From: an uncultured virus (IMG/VR IMGVR_UViG_3300020048_000047)
Lineage: Duplodnaviria > Heunggongvirae > Uroviricota > Caudoviricetes
DNA: 59,116 bases
Direction: 5' to 3' (one strand)
IMG/VR virus record: IMGVR_UViG_3300020048_000047
Coordinates: 62,001-121,116 of that record
Below, one piece after another: positions 29,638 to 39,701 of the stretch; position 1 is the first letter of the stretch, and each line of letters starts with the position of its first letter. The notes beneath the pieces are model-generated. The model ran no database searches. It was not told the DNA's origin and worked only from the letters and a program-made list of their open reading frames with translations. The position numbers and the translations under genes were made by a program.

Positions 29638-30882
29638 ATGAAAAAATTAAAAGTATTAGTGGTCCCTAGTGACCGTACTGGTGTTTCATACTTTAGAAGT
29701 ACCAATCCACACATTGCATTAGAAAATAATTACCCAGATGAGTTTTCAGTTGATATTGATTACGAACCACAACTTAATAATGATGAGTGGTTAAAACAAT
29801 ACGATATCATACATTACCACAGAACTCTAGGTCCATTTGAAGAAATGGGGCAACTAGCTCATCATTTATATGATATGGGTATTGTAGGTATTATGGATTT
29901 AGATGATTATTGGTCAGTAGGAACACATCACCCAGCTTATCATTTGATTAAAAATTCTAAATTGGATGAAAAAATTATTAATAATATTAGAGTTGCTAAA
30001 AATGTTACGACAACTACTGATATATTCGCTAATGAAATATCAAAATATAACAAAAATGTTTATGTGTTACCTAACGCAATCGACCCAAAAGAAAAACAAT
30101 TTACACCTAATTTAGAACCTTCAAACGGTAGACTTAGAATTGGTTGGTTAGGTGGTTCTAGTCACTTAAAAGACTTAGAAATACTTAACGGTATTGTTGG
30201 TAAACTTAAAGGTGATGGCTTATTAGATAAAGTACAATTTGTATTATGTGGATTCGACCTTAGAGGAACCCATACTACTATAGATGAAGTAACTAAACAA
30301 CAAACAACTAGGCCAATTAGACCTATGGAAAGTGTTTGGTATCTTTATGAAAAAATCTTTACTGATGATTATAAATCAGTTAGTCCAGAGTATAAAGATT
30401 TTTTACTAAAATTCAGACAAGAAGAATTTGCTAATGTTGCAAATGAACCATACCGCAGAGTTTGGACAAAACCAATCTCAACATATGCATCAAACTATAA
30501 TTTATTTGATGTTTCATTGGCACCACTTGAAGAACATATTTTTAATAAGGTTAAGAGTCAATTAAAAGTAATTGAATCTGGTTTTCATCATAAGGCTATT
30601 ATTGCTCAAAACTTTGGTCCTTATCAGATAGACTTAACCAATGCTATTCAATTTGGTGGTGGTTTTGATGAGACAGCTAGTGGTATTTTAATTGATAAAA
30701 TTAAGAATCATAAAGACTGGTATTCGGCAATTAAAAAACTAATTAACAACCCAGAAATGGTTAAAACGCTGCAAGACAATCTTTTTGCTAAAGTCAAAGA
30801 TATTTATTCTATGGATAAGGTTACAGAAAATAGAAAAAACCTATATCTAAGCCTTGTTGAAAAAATACAAAAAGGCAAATAA
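29638..30882 (+). CDS. GT-B (GT4-like) glycosyltransferase
   Basis: MDLDDYW, VLPNAID, RIGWLGGSSHLKDL, DVSLAPL..FNKVKSQLKVIE. Confidence 0.85.
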   Translation: MKKLKVLVVPSDRTGVSYFRSTNPHIALENNYPDEFSVDIDYEPQLNNDEWLKQYDIIHYHRTLGPFEEMGQLAHHLYDMGIVGIMDLDDYWSVGTHHPAYHLIKNSKLDEKIINNIRVAKNVTTTTDIFANEISKYNKNVYVLPNAIDPKEKQFTPNLEPSNGRLRIGWLGGSSHLKDLEILNGIVGKLKGDGLLDKVQFVLCGFDLRGTHTTIDEVTKQQTTRPIRPMESVWYLYEKIFTDDYKSVSPEYKDFLLKFRQEEFANVANEPYRRVWTKPISTYASNYNLFDVSLAPLEEHIFNKVKSQLKVIESGFHHKAIIAQNFGPYQIDLTNAIQFGGGFDETASGILIDKIKNHKDWYSAIKKLINNPEMVKTLQDNLFAKVKDIYSMDKVTENRKNLYLSLVEKIQKGK

Positions 30883-30902
30883 CGTTACATAAATTAAATA
30901 AA

Positions 30903-31322
30903 ATGAGTAAAAAACAAGATTTAAAATTAGTTTTTGATTTTCTTGCCGACTTTTTAAAAGAAGAAACAAAGGAAGAAATTAAAGTAGAAACTAAGGTTGG
31001 TGGAACTAAAGAAGAAAAAAACAATGGATATGAAGAAAGTGTTAAACACATTCAAAAATTAATTCTTTTAACAGACGCAATCAACAATGAAAAAGCATCA
31101 CATAGAAGGTTTAAAGACCAATTAAAAGAAACTGAAACTAAATTATTTGAAGAAGATATGAGTGTTATCGGTTTAGGTTTAAAAAAAGTTGATACTAAAA
31201 AACTTGAAAAATTAAAAGACACTCTAATCGATGCGAAACATGTTATGAAAAGAGCTAATGTAAATCATCCGATTAAAGAATCCAATCAAATTACTGAAGG
31301 ATTTATTGGAAATAATGAATAA
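30903..31322 (+). CDS. Hypothetical coiled-coil protein
   Basis: 139 aa K/E-rich ORF followed by a terminator. Confidence 0.55.
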   Translation: MSKKQDLKLVFDFLADFLKEETKEEIKVETKVGGTKEEKNNGYEESVKHIQKLILLTDAINNEKASHRRFKDQLKETETKLFEEDMSVIGLGLKKVDTKKLEKLKDTLIDAKHVMKRANVNHPIKESNQITEGFIGNNE

Positions 31323-31327
31323 ATAAT

Positions 31328-31354
31328 AAAAAAACCACTTAGGTGGTTTTTTTT
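31328..31354 (+). terminator. Intrinsic terminator
   Basis: AAAAAAACCAC-TTAG-GTGGTTTTTTTT. Confidence 0.85.
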
Positions 31355-31364
31355 ATGTCAAAAA

Positions 31365-31396
31365 TTTGTTATTGTCAAAAATTATAAGTATATTTG
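31365..31396 (+). promoter_or_regulatory. Bacteroidota-type promoter
   Basis: TTTG-N20-TATATTTG, a full consensus match. Confidence 0.75.
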
Positions 31397-31428
31397 TAAA
31401 AAATAACGATTTCTTTAAAACAAAACAA

Positions 31429-31992
31429 ATGTCTTTAGAACAAGAAAAAATAGTTGCTAATACTAAAAAGTATTTTGATACCGCAACTAAATTAGGTTTC
31501 ATGAATAATGAATTAATGACCTTCCTTGGTGAATCTTTCATAAAAGCACCAGCAACAACAATGACAAATTTAAATAATGCATTTGAAGGTGGGCTTATTG
31601 ACCATTTACTTAACGTAACTAAATATGCTGTGTTAATTAATGATTCATTACCAGAAGATGAAAAAGTAGATAAAAACTCATTGATTAAAATTTGTTTACT
31701 TCATCAAATTGGTAAAGCTAATCTTTATGCACCATGCACATCAGAATGGCATCGTAAAAACCAAGGTAAAATGTATGAATATAACGAAGACCTTACATCT
31801 ATGAGAGTTGGTGAGCGTAGCGTTTATTATGCAGTTTCTCACGGTATAAAATTAACTGAAGAAGAATATACTGCAATATTAAACTTCGATAAAGTTGATG
31901 ATAAAATGGCTGAATTCCATAACTCAATGCTTGGTGATTTACTTAAGATGGGTAGTGTTTTAGCAATTAAACACGAGAAAAAAACCAAATAA
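31429..31992 (+). CDS. HD-domain (YhaM-like) protein with degenerate motif
   Basis: APA..AFEGGLIDH..LLHQIGK; start set at ATG 31429, downstream of the promoter. Confidence 0.7.
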   Translation: MSLEQEKIVANTKKYFDTATKLGFMNNELMTFLGESFIKAPATTMTNLNNAFEGGLIDHLLNVTKYAVLINDSLPEDEKVDKNSLIKICLLHQIGKANLYAPCTSEWHRKNQGKMYEYNEDLTSMRVGERSVYYAVSHGIKLTEEEYTAILNFDKVDDKMAEFHNSMLGDLLKMGSVLAIKHEKKTK

Positions 31993-32576
31993 TGGACTTA
32001 ACTAGCAAAATGCATTCTAGGCTTATCGATGTTATCGACCCTACGAATCCTTACACACAAGAAGATTTTGATAAAGAATTCGCCAATGTTAGCTCAACGC
32101 TAAGTTATGCCGAAAACTTTTATAAAATTCCTTTTAAGTTTGCTAATAAATCAAACAACGAAGACCCAGAATATGCAACTGCTGGTTCATCTGGATTCGA
32201 TTTAAGAGCTGATTTGAAAGATATGAATGTTATCATGAAACCACACACTAGAGCTATTATACCTACTGGTTTATTTTTTGAAATTCCAGATAATTATGAA
32301 ATTCAAATTCGTCCTCGTAGTGGATTGGCCGCTAAAAATGGTGTTACGGTGTTAAATACTCCAGGTACGATTGATGCTGATTACCGTGGTGAAATTAAGA
32401 TTATTCTTATTAACCATGGTGATGAAGATTTCGTAGTAAGTAATGGTGATAGAATAGCTCAAGCGGTAATTGCTTCAGTAATTTCTAAAAACTTTGTAAA
32501 TCTAACAAAAGTTAGTGATGTATCAAAAGATACTGAACGTTCTGATGGAGGATTCGGGCACACAGGTAAAAGATAA
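31992..32576 (+). CDS. dut: Trimeric dUTPase
   Basis: SGFDL, IRPRSGLA, GTIDADYRGEI, RIAQ, RSDGGFGHTG motifs. Confidence 0.96.
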   Translation: MDLTSKMHSRLIDVIDPTNPYTQEDFDKEFANVSSTLSYAENFYKIPFKFANKSNNEDPEYATAGSSGFDLRADLKDMNVIMKPHTRAIIPTGLFFEIPDNYEIQIRPRSGLAAKNGVTVLNTPGTIDADYRGEIKIILINHGDEDFVVSNGDRIAQAVIASVISKNFVNLTKVSDVSKDTERSDGGFGHTGKR

Positions 32577-32579
32577 ATT

Positions 32580-32604
32580 AAAACCCCTTAAATGGGGTTT
32601 TTTT
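32580..32604 (+). terminator. Intrinsic terminator
   Basis: AAAACCCC-TTAAAT-GGGGTTTTTTT. Confidence 0.85.
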
Positions 32605-32614
32605 ATATTATGCC

Positions 32615-32645
32615 TTGACTAAACAATAAAAAATAAGTATATTTA
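32615..32645 (+). promoter_or_regulatory. Host-type promoter of the glycan operon
   Basis: TTG-N20-TATATTTA immediately before the ATG at 32656. Confidence 0.55.
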
Positions 32646-32655
32646 AAATAAAAAT

Positions 32656-32793
32656 ATGATAACAGTAGTATATTGTACAAGAAAATCAAATCCAGAACAT
32701 ACTGAACGCTTAATTAAGTCTTCTGGTCTTCACAAACACATCGAGGTGATAGAAATTATCAATAATGGTGAAAGTCTAATACAAACAAATTAA
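32656..32793 (+). pseudogene. Displaced original 5' end of glycosyltransferase 33874..35130
   Basis: MITVVYCTRKSNPEHTERLIKSSGLHKHIEVIEIINNGESLIQTN*; 27/41 aa identical to the N-terminus of 33874 by manual alignment. Confidence 0.88.
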
Positions 32794-32797
32794 CAAT

Positions 32798-32959
32798 ATG
32801 GAAACAAAAAATGATTTAATTTATCTTTTCAATAAATATATTGAAAGTAACGGAAATATCAGAGCTTATAAAAATTTCATGTTAGCGATGAAAGCGGATT
32901 TAATATATAAACAAGCTAAAAAAATAAATAATGGTGAAATATTAACCGATAAAAAATAA
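32798..32959 (+). CDS. Small hypothetical protein (53 aa)
   Basis: METKNDLIYLFNKYIESNGNIRAYKNFMLAMKADLIYKQAKKINNGEILTDKK; not in the ORF track. Confidence 0.45.
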   Translation: METKNDLIYLFNKYIESNGNIRAYKNFMLAMKADLIYKQAKKINNGEILTDKK

Positions 32960-32992
32960 GTTTTTATTTTTGTTAGATATTTATTAATAAAG

Positions 32993-33877
32993 ATGAAAAA
33001 ATTAACCGTTAAAGAATTTATAGAAAAAGCTATTTTAAAACATGGTGATAAATTTAATTATTCACTTGTTGAATATATTAATAACTCAACTAAAATTAAG
33101 ATAATATGTCCAATACATGGTGAATTTGAACAAATACCTAATTCACATTTAAATGGACATGGCTGTCCTAAATGTCATAATTTAAATAAAAATAATTATG
33201 ATTTTAAATATAATAGTGGTTTAATACATGCTGGGAAATATAATTATGATTTGGTTGATTATAAACACTCAAAAAAAATTGTAACAATATTATGTCCTAT
33301 ACATGGTGAATTTGAACAAACACCAAATAGTCATTTATCTGGAAATGGTTGTCCTAAATGTGGTGGTACTATGAAGTTAAATACATATGAGTTTATTGAT
33401 AAATCTAAGGAAATACACAATAACTTATATGATTATTCAATTGTTAGTTATGTTAATTGTAAAACAAAAGTTAAAATAATTTGCTCAATACATGGTGAAT
33501 TTGAACAACAACCAGACTCTCATTTAGCTGGAATTGGTTGTCCAATATGTAGTTCTTCAAAGGGTGAATTGTTAATTAATAATTTTTTAATTACTAATAA
33601 AATATATTTTAAACCACAACATAAATTCCAAGAATGTAGATATAAAAGAGTTTTACCATTTGATTTTTATTTACCAGATTATGATGTATGTGTTGAATTT
33701 GATGGTATGCAACACTATAAAAGTATTAAACATTTTGGTGGTGATAAAACGTTTCAAATTCAACAATTAAAAGATAAAATTAAGTCAGATTTTTGTGTTA
33801 ATAATAACATCAAATTGATTAGAATAAAAGAAAAAAATAAAATAAACGAAACATTAAAAAAAGAATTAAATTTATGA
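32993..33877 (+). CDS. Putative homing endonuclease (three DUF723-like Zn repeats plus PD-(D/E)xK/Vsr-like domain)
   Basis: 3 x C(P/S)IHGEFEQ.P.SHL.G.GCP.C; C-terminal PFDFYLP..VEFDGMQH..D.IK..LIRI; TATTTATT at 32978-32985. Confidence 0.85.
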   Translation: MKKLTVKEFIEKAILKHGDKFNYSLVEYINNSTKIKIICPIHGEFEQIPNSHLNGHGCPKCHNLNKNNYDFKYNSGLIHAGKYNYDLVDYKHSKKIVTILCPIHGEFEQTPNSHLSGNGCPKCGGTMKLNTYEFIDKSKEIHNNLYDYSIVSYVNCKTKVKIICSIHGEFEQQPDSHLAGIGCPICSSSKGELLINNFLITNKIYFKPQHKFQECRYKRVLPFDFYLPDYDVCVEFDGMQHYKSIKHFGGDKTFQIQQLKDKIKSDFCVNNNIKLIRIKEKNKINETLKKELNL

Positions 33878-35130
33878 TAACTGTAATTTTTAGCACTAGA
33901 GAACCTAACCCAATTCATATTGAACATATTAAAAAAAGTTCTGGATTACATAATAAAATTGAGGTATTAGAATTCATTAATAATAATGACTCTACATCAA
34001 AGTATTTTAATGGAGGTGAATCACTAACAAAAATATATAATCGTGGCTTAAAACAAGCGAAAAACGATATAGTCGTATTCTGTCATGATGACATTATTAT
34101 CGAAACAAAACAATGGGGAAATAAATTAATTAAACAATTCGATAAGAATCCAGAATACGGAATCATAGGTGTTGCTGGTACTAAACAAATGCCATCTAGT
34201 GGCCAATGGTGGGAAAATAGAAGCAAGATGTATGGTCGTGTTGCACACACTAGCGGTGGAAAAACTTGGTTATCAACTTATTCAGAAGATTTAGGTACTG
34301 AATTAGAAGAAGTTGTTATTGTTGATGGTGTATTTTTCGCTGTTGATAAACGTAAAATAAAATCTAATTTCAATGAAGAAATTGAAGGGTTTCATTTCTA
34401 TGATATAAATTTCTGTTTTGAAAATTATCTTAATGGTGTTAAAGTTGCTGTATCTACACTAGTTAGAGTTAATCACCAATCAATTGGTCAAACAAATGAA
34501 GCTTGGGAAATCAACAAAAAAATATTTGCTGAAAAGTTTGCTAATAATTTACCAGTAAACATTAAAAAGAAATTACGCAAAGGTGAAAAACTTAAAGTAT
34601 TAATCGGAAGTCTTAGTATTAAAACAGGTACCAAAGAAGGTGATTATGTTCTTAATTTGGTTAGACATCTTGTAAAAAATAATTGTTCAGTTACACTAGC
34701 TACCAACGTTGAAACTAAATTAGGTTTAGAGTTCAAACAATTGGGTGTCAAGGTATTTCCTTTACAAGAACCTCCAGGTTTTAAACTAGGTGATGGTAAA
34801 TGGAGTCTAAATTCACAAAATGGACCCGTACTTTCGCAAAACAATGTGTTGTATAAGGTTTCTGAAACTCATTTCGATGTATTGCATACAAATCAAAAAC
34901 CAGTTAGTGAACACTTGTTACGTTTGTTTCCCGAACTTCCAGCTATAAGCACAATACATAGCACCGATAGAACAGCAGATGGGCCAATTATCGATTCTAG
35001 GGTAAAGAAATATATTTCAATAAACAATGAAGTTAAAGATGTGTTGGTGGACGGATATAACATTAATTCTACACTAGTTATTGATAATGACTGTGATATA
35101 ATTAATGAATATAAAGATATTCTAGATTAA
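33874..35130 (+). CDS. GT2-like glycosyltransferase with partial GT-B C-terminal domain
   Basis: YNRGL..VFCHDDI..GIIGVAG..VDGVFF..FHFYD. Confidence 0.85.
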   Translation: MITVIFSTREPNPIHIEHIKKSSGLHNKIEVLEFINNNDSTSKYFNGGESLTKIYNRGLKQAKNDIVVFCHDDIIIETKQWGNKLIKQFDKNPEYGIIGVAGTKQMPSSGQWWENRSKMYGRVAHTSGGKTWLSTYSEDLGTELEEVVIVDGVFFAVDKRKIKSNFNEEIEGFHFYDINFCFENYLNGVKVAVSTLVRVNHQSIGQTNEAWEINKKIFAEKFANNLPVNIKKKLRKGEKLKVLIGSLSIKTGTKEGDYVLNLVRHLVKNNCSVTLATNVETKLGLEFKQLGVKVFPLQEPPGFKLGDGKWSLNSQNGPVLSQNNVLYKVSETHFDVLHTNQKPVSEHLLRLFPELPAISTIHSTDRTADGPIIDSRVKKYISINNEVKDVLVDGYNINSTLVIDNDCDIINEYKDILD

Positions 35131-35912
35131 TGATAAAGATTTTAACTGGGTGGTCTAATAAAGGTGGTTCAACAACTGCCTTTATTGCATTAACCAAAGC
35201 GTTGAATGAAGCTGGGTTTAAAACAGCTTTATATGGACCGCATCAATGGCATTTGGATAAATGTCAATCTGGTTTATTAGATTCGAATTTAAGAATTGAT
35301 AGGGATGATAAAGTAATTGCACATTTTTTACAATTACCATCTAAACCATTATCTAGAAAGGTTTTATTAGCTTGTCATGAAACAGATTTATATCGTGTTG
35401 GACAAGTGAAACAATTCTGGGATGAAGCAATTTTTTTGACTGAAAAACATAGAGATTTTCATAATGATTATAATGGGAAATTTAGAATTATACCAAATCT
35501 AAAAGAAAATCTAGTTAAAAGTGATAAAACTGGATTGGAAAAGATTGCTGGTATCATTGGTTCATTTGATGAAAATAAACAAACTCACATTTCAATACAA
35601 AGAGCATTAAACGATGGTTGTGAAAAAGTTTATTTATTCGGTGATTCGAACACGCCATATTTTGAACAATATATCAAACCGTTATGTAATGAAAATGTAA
35701 TTGTCAAAGGTTTCTATGATAATAAACAAGAAATTTATGATATGATAGGTTGCGTTTATCATTCATCATTAAGCGAAACTTATGGATTGGTTATGGATGA
35801 ATGTGAATCAACTGGAACCGTATATCATGGTTGTGAATCAACCAATAGACCATCAAATCTATTAACAAATAAAGAAATAATAAATAAATGGATTAAAGCT
35901 TTAAAACCTTAA
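35130..35912 (+). CDS. GT-B (GT4-like) glycosyltransferase
   Basis: GGSTTA N-terminal loop, IIPN, SSLSETYGLVMDE (ExFG-like). Confidence 0.75.
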   Translation: MIKILTGWSNKGGSTTAFIALTKALNEAGFKTALYGPHQWHLDKCQSGLLDSNLRIDRDDKVIAHFLQLPSKPLSRKVLLACHETDLYRVGQVKQFWDEAIFLTEKHRDFHNDYNGKFRIIPNLKENLVKSDKTGLEKIAGIIGSFDENKQTHISIQRALNDGCEKVYLFGDSNTPYFEQYIKPLCNENVIVKGFYDNKQEIYDMIGCVYHSSLSETYGLVMDECESTGTVYHGCESTNRPSNLLTNKEIINKWIKALKP

Positions 35913-35914
35913 AT

Positions 35915-36868
35915 ATGAAAACATGGTTTAAAAAACAAATGGGGTTTTTATCATTAGCATTAGCTAATGTTGAAAAAAATGCACTAGGACAAAAAGGTGA
36001 TGAATTAGATGTTAGCGTTTCTCAAGAACAAAGACATACTCAAGGAACACTCGCTGATTCTTTAAAACAAGGTAGAGTAACACAAGAAGTTATGAATCTA
36101 CGTTGGAGAACATATAAAATACTTGAACAAGCAGATGGATTAACCACAAGAATAACTGGTTATGATGAAGATGATATGCCTATTACTGAAACACGTAAAA
36201 TAGATAAGAAAAAATTTCTTAAAAAAATTAGGCAAGATGAATTTGATAACTATGAGTTAGAAATGGTTATAGATAATACTGAAATTACTATGAGTACCAA
36301 CGAAGCTATGGGAAATAGTAATATTTCATTATTTGAAAACCCTATTTCTAGCGTCAATGAAGATGGTATATCCGTAAAAACACATGGTGAAATTAAAGGT
36401 GATGAATATTTCATTACAAATAAAACTGAAAAACCTATTTTTATCGAAAGAAAAAATCCAGCTAAGTTTCAGATAGAGAACTTCACCAAGAAACTTCATG
36501 TACGCAAAATAAGCGATTCTAAGAGACTTTTAGAGTTTTATGTTAGCTTGTATCCAGATGAATATAATAGAACGTCTAGGTTCTTTATTAGCGAAATTAA
36601 AAAGGTAATTGAAAATGGTCTTAATGCTGATATGTTAGAGATTGAAAATGTTAAGTTTATTACCTACAAATCAATAGGTGTTAATGATTTCTTAGAATAC
36701 CAATATAATGATATTATTTTTGATAAGATAATTGAATTTAACGGCCATTATGTTATTAAATTTATTGGAAATGTATCTGTTGATGGCTTGAATATTATGT
36801 TAAAACATAAACAAGACGAATTAGATAAAAAATATGAAAATAAAGAAGCTAAAAATAAACGAGTATGA
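35915..36868 (+). CDS. Hypothetical protein
   Basis: 317 aa, translationally coupled within the operon; no motif recognised. Confidence 0.6.
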   Translation: MKTWFKKQMGFLSLALANVEKNALGQKGDELDVSVSQEQRHTQGTLADSLKQGRVTQEVMNLRWRTYKILEQADGLTTRITGYDEDDMPITETRKIDKKKFLKKIRQDEFDNYELEMVIDNTEITMSTNEAMGNSNISLFENPISSVNEDGISVKTHGEIKGDEYFITNKTEKPIFIERKNPAKFQIENFTKKLHVRKISDSKRLLEFYVSLYPDEYNRTSRFFISEIKKVIENGLNADMLEIENVKFITYKSIGVNDFLEYQYNDIIFDKIIEFNGHYVIKFIGNVSVDGLNIMLKHKQDELDKKYENKEAKNKRV

Positions 36869-37524
36869 ACCTTGTAATTAAATTTCCAACTAGAAATAGG
36901 CCAAACAAATTTCTTAAGGTATTAGACACTTATATTAGAAATTTAGATGATAAAAATACTAAGATAATTGTTACTTGTGATTCGGATGATACTACTATGA
37001 CGGAACAGTATATCAAAGATGTTATTGAACAATATCCTAATGTTGTTTTATGCTACGGGGAAAATAAATCTAAGATAGATGCTGTTAATGCTGATTTGTA
37101 TGGTGTTGATTTCGATATTGTATTATTGGCTTCTGATGATATGATACCTAAGGTTAAGGGTTTTGATACAATAATCAAAAATAAAATGACTGAATATTAT
37201 CCAGATACTGATGGTGTTTTATGGTTTAATGATGGTTATCAAGCAAATAAACTAAATACTCTTTGTATACTAGGTAAAAAATACTATGATAGATTTGGAT
37301 ATATCTATAATCCAGAGTATATTAGTGTTTGGAGTGATAATGAATTTATGGATGTTGCAAACATATTGAATAAACAAACTTATTTCGATGAAGTTATCAT
37401 TGAGCATCAACACCCAGACTGGGGCCATGGAATGAGAGATTTTACCCATACCTTAAATTCTAAATACGAACAATTAGATAGGGAAACTTATAATAAACGA
37501 AAATCAAACAATTTTAATCTATGA
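36865..37524 (+). CDS. GT2-like glycosyltransferase
   Basis: KFPTRNRP, DSDD, LASDDMIP, WSDNE, EHQH. Confidence 0.8.
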   Translation: MNLVIKFPTRNRPNKFLKVLDTYIRNLDDKNTKIIVTCDSDDTTMTEQYIKDVIEQYPNVVLCYGENKSKIDAVNADLYGVDFDIVLLASDDMIPKVKGFDTIIKNKMTEYYPDTDGVLWFNDGYQANKLNTLCILGKKYYDRFGYIYNPEYISVWSDNEFMDVANILNKQTYFDEVIIEHQHPDWGHGMRDFTHTLNSKYEQLDRETYNKRKSNNFNL

Positions 37525-38393
37525 TAAACATTTGTACAGTATCCGATATTAATTATTTAATTAAAGGTCTAACACTTTACGATTCTTTAATAGAATTCTC
37601 TAGTGATTTTAAATTACACTATTTATGTATCGATGATGCTTCTTTTAACGAACTTAAAAAGCATGAAACTGAATCATTAATACCGTATAACATTAACGAT
37701 TTATTGGCTAGTGATGCGGTTTTATCACAATTAAGAGATAGAAATTATAAATATTTCTGTTGGAGTCTAGCGTCTTATTTTACCAATTATCTAATGAAAC
37801 AGAAAATTGGTGATATTACATATATTGATAGTGATATATTAATGCATGATGATATTCAAACCATACTTACAGCTATCGGTGATAGAGAAATTGGTATTTT
37901 TAGACATAGACAATTTCCTTTAAACACGCCTAGACCAGAAGGTTTTTATAATGTTGGTATAACTCATTTTAAAGCTGACGGTGATGTTGCTAAACACATT
38001 CTTAATTGGTGGGCTGATGCTGTTTTAAATCAGAAATACCCACATCTTAGTACATGTGGCGACCAAAAATATTTGGATGAATTTCCAAATATGTGTCCAG
38101 ATGACCTTATTTTTATCGATGGTGATATTGGACATGGTGCACCGTGGCAATGGCAATTATTTGATTTTTCTGATTTTGAAAAAGATGGTTCAATTATATG
38201 GGAAGGAAGAAAACAAAAATTAATCTTTAGTCATTTTTCTCAATTTGTTATGGGTGAGAATTCATATCAACCAACAACTATGCATTTTCCATACACCCCA
38301 TTAAGTGATTATTCTTCTAGAAAAGAATTAAAACTAATATATGATAATTATTATAATAAATTAAAACAAACAAAAATAAAATATAATGGATAA
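37521..38393 (+). CDS. GT-A glycosyltransferase (GT8-like)
   Basis: ITYIDSDI DxD, YNVG, GDQKYLD, FSHFS. Confidence 0.8.
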   Translation: MINICTVSDINYLIKGLTLYDSLIEFSSDFKLHYLCIDDASFNELKKHETESLIPYNINDLLASDAVLSQLRDRNYKYFCWSLASYFTNYLMKQKIGDITYIDSDILMHDDIQTILTAIGDREIGIFRHRQFPLNTPRPEGFYNVGITHFKADGDVAKHILNWWADAVLNQKYPHLSTCGDQKYLDEFPNMCPDDLIFIDGDIGHGAPWQWQLFDFSDFEKDGSIIWEGRKQKLIFSHFSQFVMGENSYQPTTMHFPYTPLSDYSSRKELKLIYDNYYNKLKQTKIKYNG

Positions 38394-39000
38394 AAATGAT
38401 TTAATAAATTTAGAATTTATTACTAATAAAATAAAACCTAACGATATACTTGTTGATATTGGTGCAAATGAAGGTGATTATACTGATTTTTTTAAAAATA
38501 TATTAAATGGTACTGGTAAAATATATTGTGTTGAATTATTTCCATCAACATATGGAATTTTACTTGATAAATATAAAAACGAAAAAAATATTATTGTTTT
38601 AAATAATGCTATTTGTGATAAAAATGAACCAATAGAATACTATGAAGGTGTTAATTCACAAACTAATAATATCATAGGACATGATATGAATTTCAGAGCT
38701 AATAATAAAATTGGTGTGATTGATGGATTAAGGCTTGATACCTTACTTAAAAACGAAAATAAAATAAATTTAATAAAAATTGATGTTGAAGGAGCTGAAG
38801 TACTTGTTTTAAAAGGAATGGAAGGTATAATAGAAAAAATTGATAATATACTATTAGAATGTCATTTAGATGAGGATTGGGGTGAAATTAAATATTTACT
38901 TTTAGAAAAATTTAACTTATCTTGTTTTAACATTTTGGATAAAATAGAAATAACAGAAGATAGTAAAAGAGCCTATCAATGCTTTTGTAAAAAAAAATAA
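38386..39000 (+). CDS. FkbM-family methyltransferase
   Basis: VDIGANEG, RLD, IKIDVEGAE..VLKG. Confidence 0.9.
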   Translation: MDKNDLINLEFITNKIKPNDILVDIGANEGDYTDFFKNILNGTGKIYCVELFPSTYGILLDKYKNEKNIIVLNNAICDKNEPIEYYEGVNSQTNNIIGHDMNFRANNKIGVIDGLRLDTLLKNENKINLIKIDVEGAEVLVLKGMEGIIEKIDNILLECHLDEDWGEIKYLLLEKFNLSCFNILDKIEITEDSKRAYQCFCKKK

Positions 39001-39002
39001 AT

Positions 39003-39701
39003 ATGGGAATAACTAGGACGAATTTTTCAAATAGGAACCAAATTACTTATCACACACATACATACGAGCCTAGTTTAATTACTAGCGGTGGCTGGGGTTT
39101 GGATTTAGGTTGTAATGATTTTATTTTTAGTAGACATTTATTAAGTCTAGGGTTAAAGGTCATAGGTATAGACCCAATTAAAAATATAGGTGTACCTCAA
39201 GATTTAGTAGAAAATGAAAATTTCATTTATCTACAAAAAGCTTGTGTTGGTATTAAAAATAGCGAAACTAAAACATATTACGAATATAATTCGTGGGGTG
39301 CTAATTCAATTTATAATACCCCAGAAATGTTACATAGAAAAGAAAATGGTGGTCATGCTAATAATCCATTTAAAAGTAAATATGAAGTTGGATTAGTAAC
39401 ACTTAGTGAGCTAATGAACACATATAATATCAATCAATTTGAAATAATAAAAATTGACGTTGAGGGTGCTGAATATGATATAATTGAAAACTTACCTAGT
39501 AAATGTACTAAACAGTTATCAATTGAATTCCATGATTTTTTAGATTTAACACCAATAAAAGATGTTGAATTATATCATAAAGAATTAACAATAAAATTAA
39601 AAGATTATTTTTTGAGCTTTGAGCAAAAAGAACCATTAAAAGGTTCCTTAACTGAATTTCAAAGGGACGATGTTTTATATATAGTAAACGATTTAAAATG
39701 A
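39003..39701 (+). CDS. FkbM-family methyltransferase
   Basis: LDLGCN, IKIDVEGAEY, QLSIEFH. Confidence 0.85.
   Translation: MGITRTNFSNRNQITYHTHTYEPSLITSGGWGLDLGCNDFIFSRHLLSLGLKVIGIDPIKNIGVPQDLVENENFIYLQKACVGIKNSETKTYYEYNSWGANSIYNTPEMLHRKENGGHANNPFKSKYEVGLVTLSELMNTYNINQFEIIKIDVEGAEYDIIENLPSKCTKQLSIEFHDFLDLTPIKDVELYHKELTIKLKDYFLSFEQKEPLKGSLTEFQRDDVLYIVNDLK

Larger units (their letters stand above)
32780..34014. mobile_element. Endonuclease cassette carrying a replacement glycosyltransferase 5' end (boundaries approximate)
   Basis: Lies between the stub's INNGESL and the GESL of the full gene; contains a 53-aa ORF, a late-like motif, an endonuclease and a new N-terminus. Confidence 0.65.

Noticed and set aside
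31366..31428. Upstream start extensions given by the ORF track (also 11948, 17182, 57822)
   Set aside because: They overlap promoters or neighbouring coding sequence; downstream ATGs have better context.
32780..33873. Group I intron in the glycosyltransferase
   Set aside because: The downstream gene has its own full N-terminus, so the upstream piece is a duplicate rather than an exon; no intron core seen.
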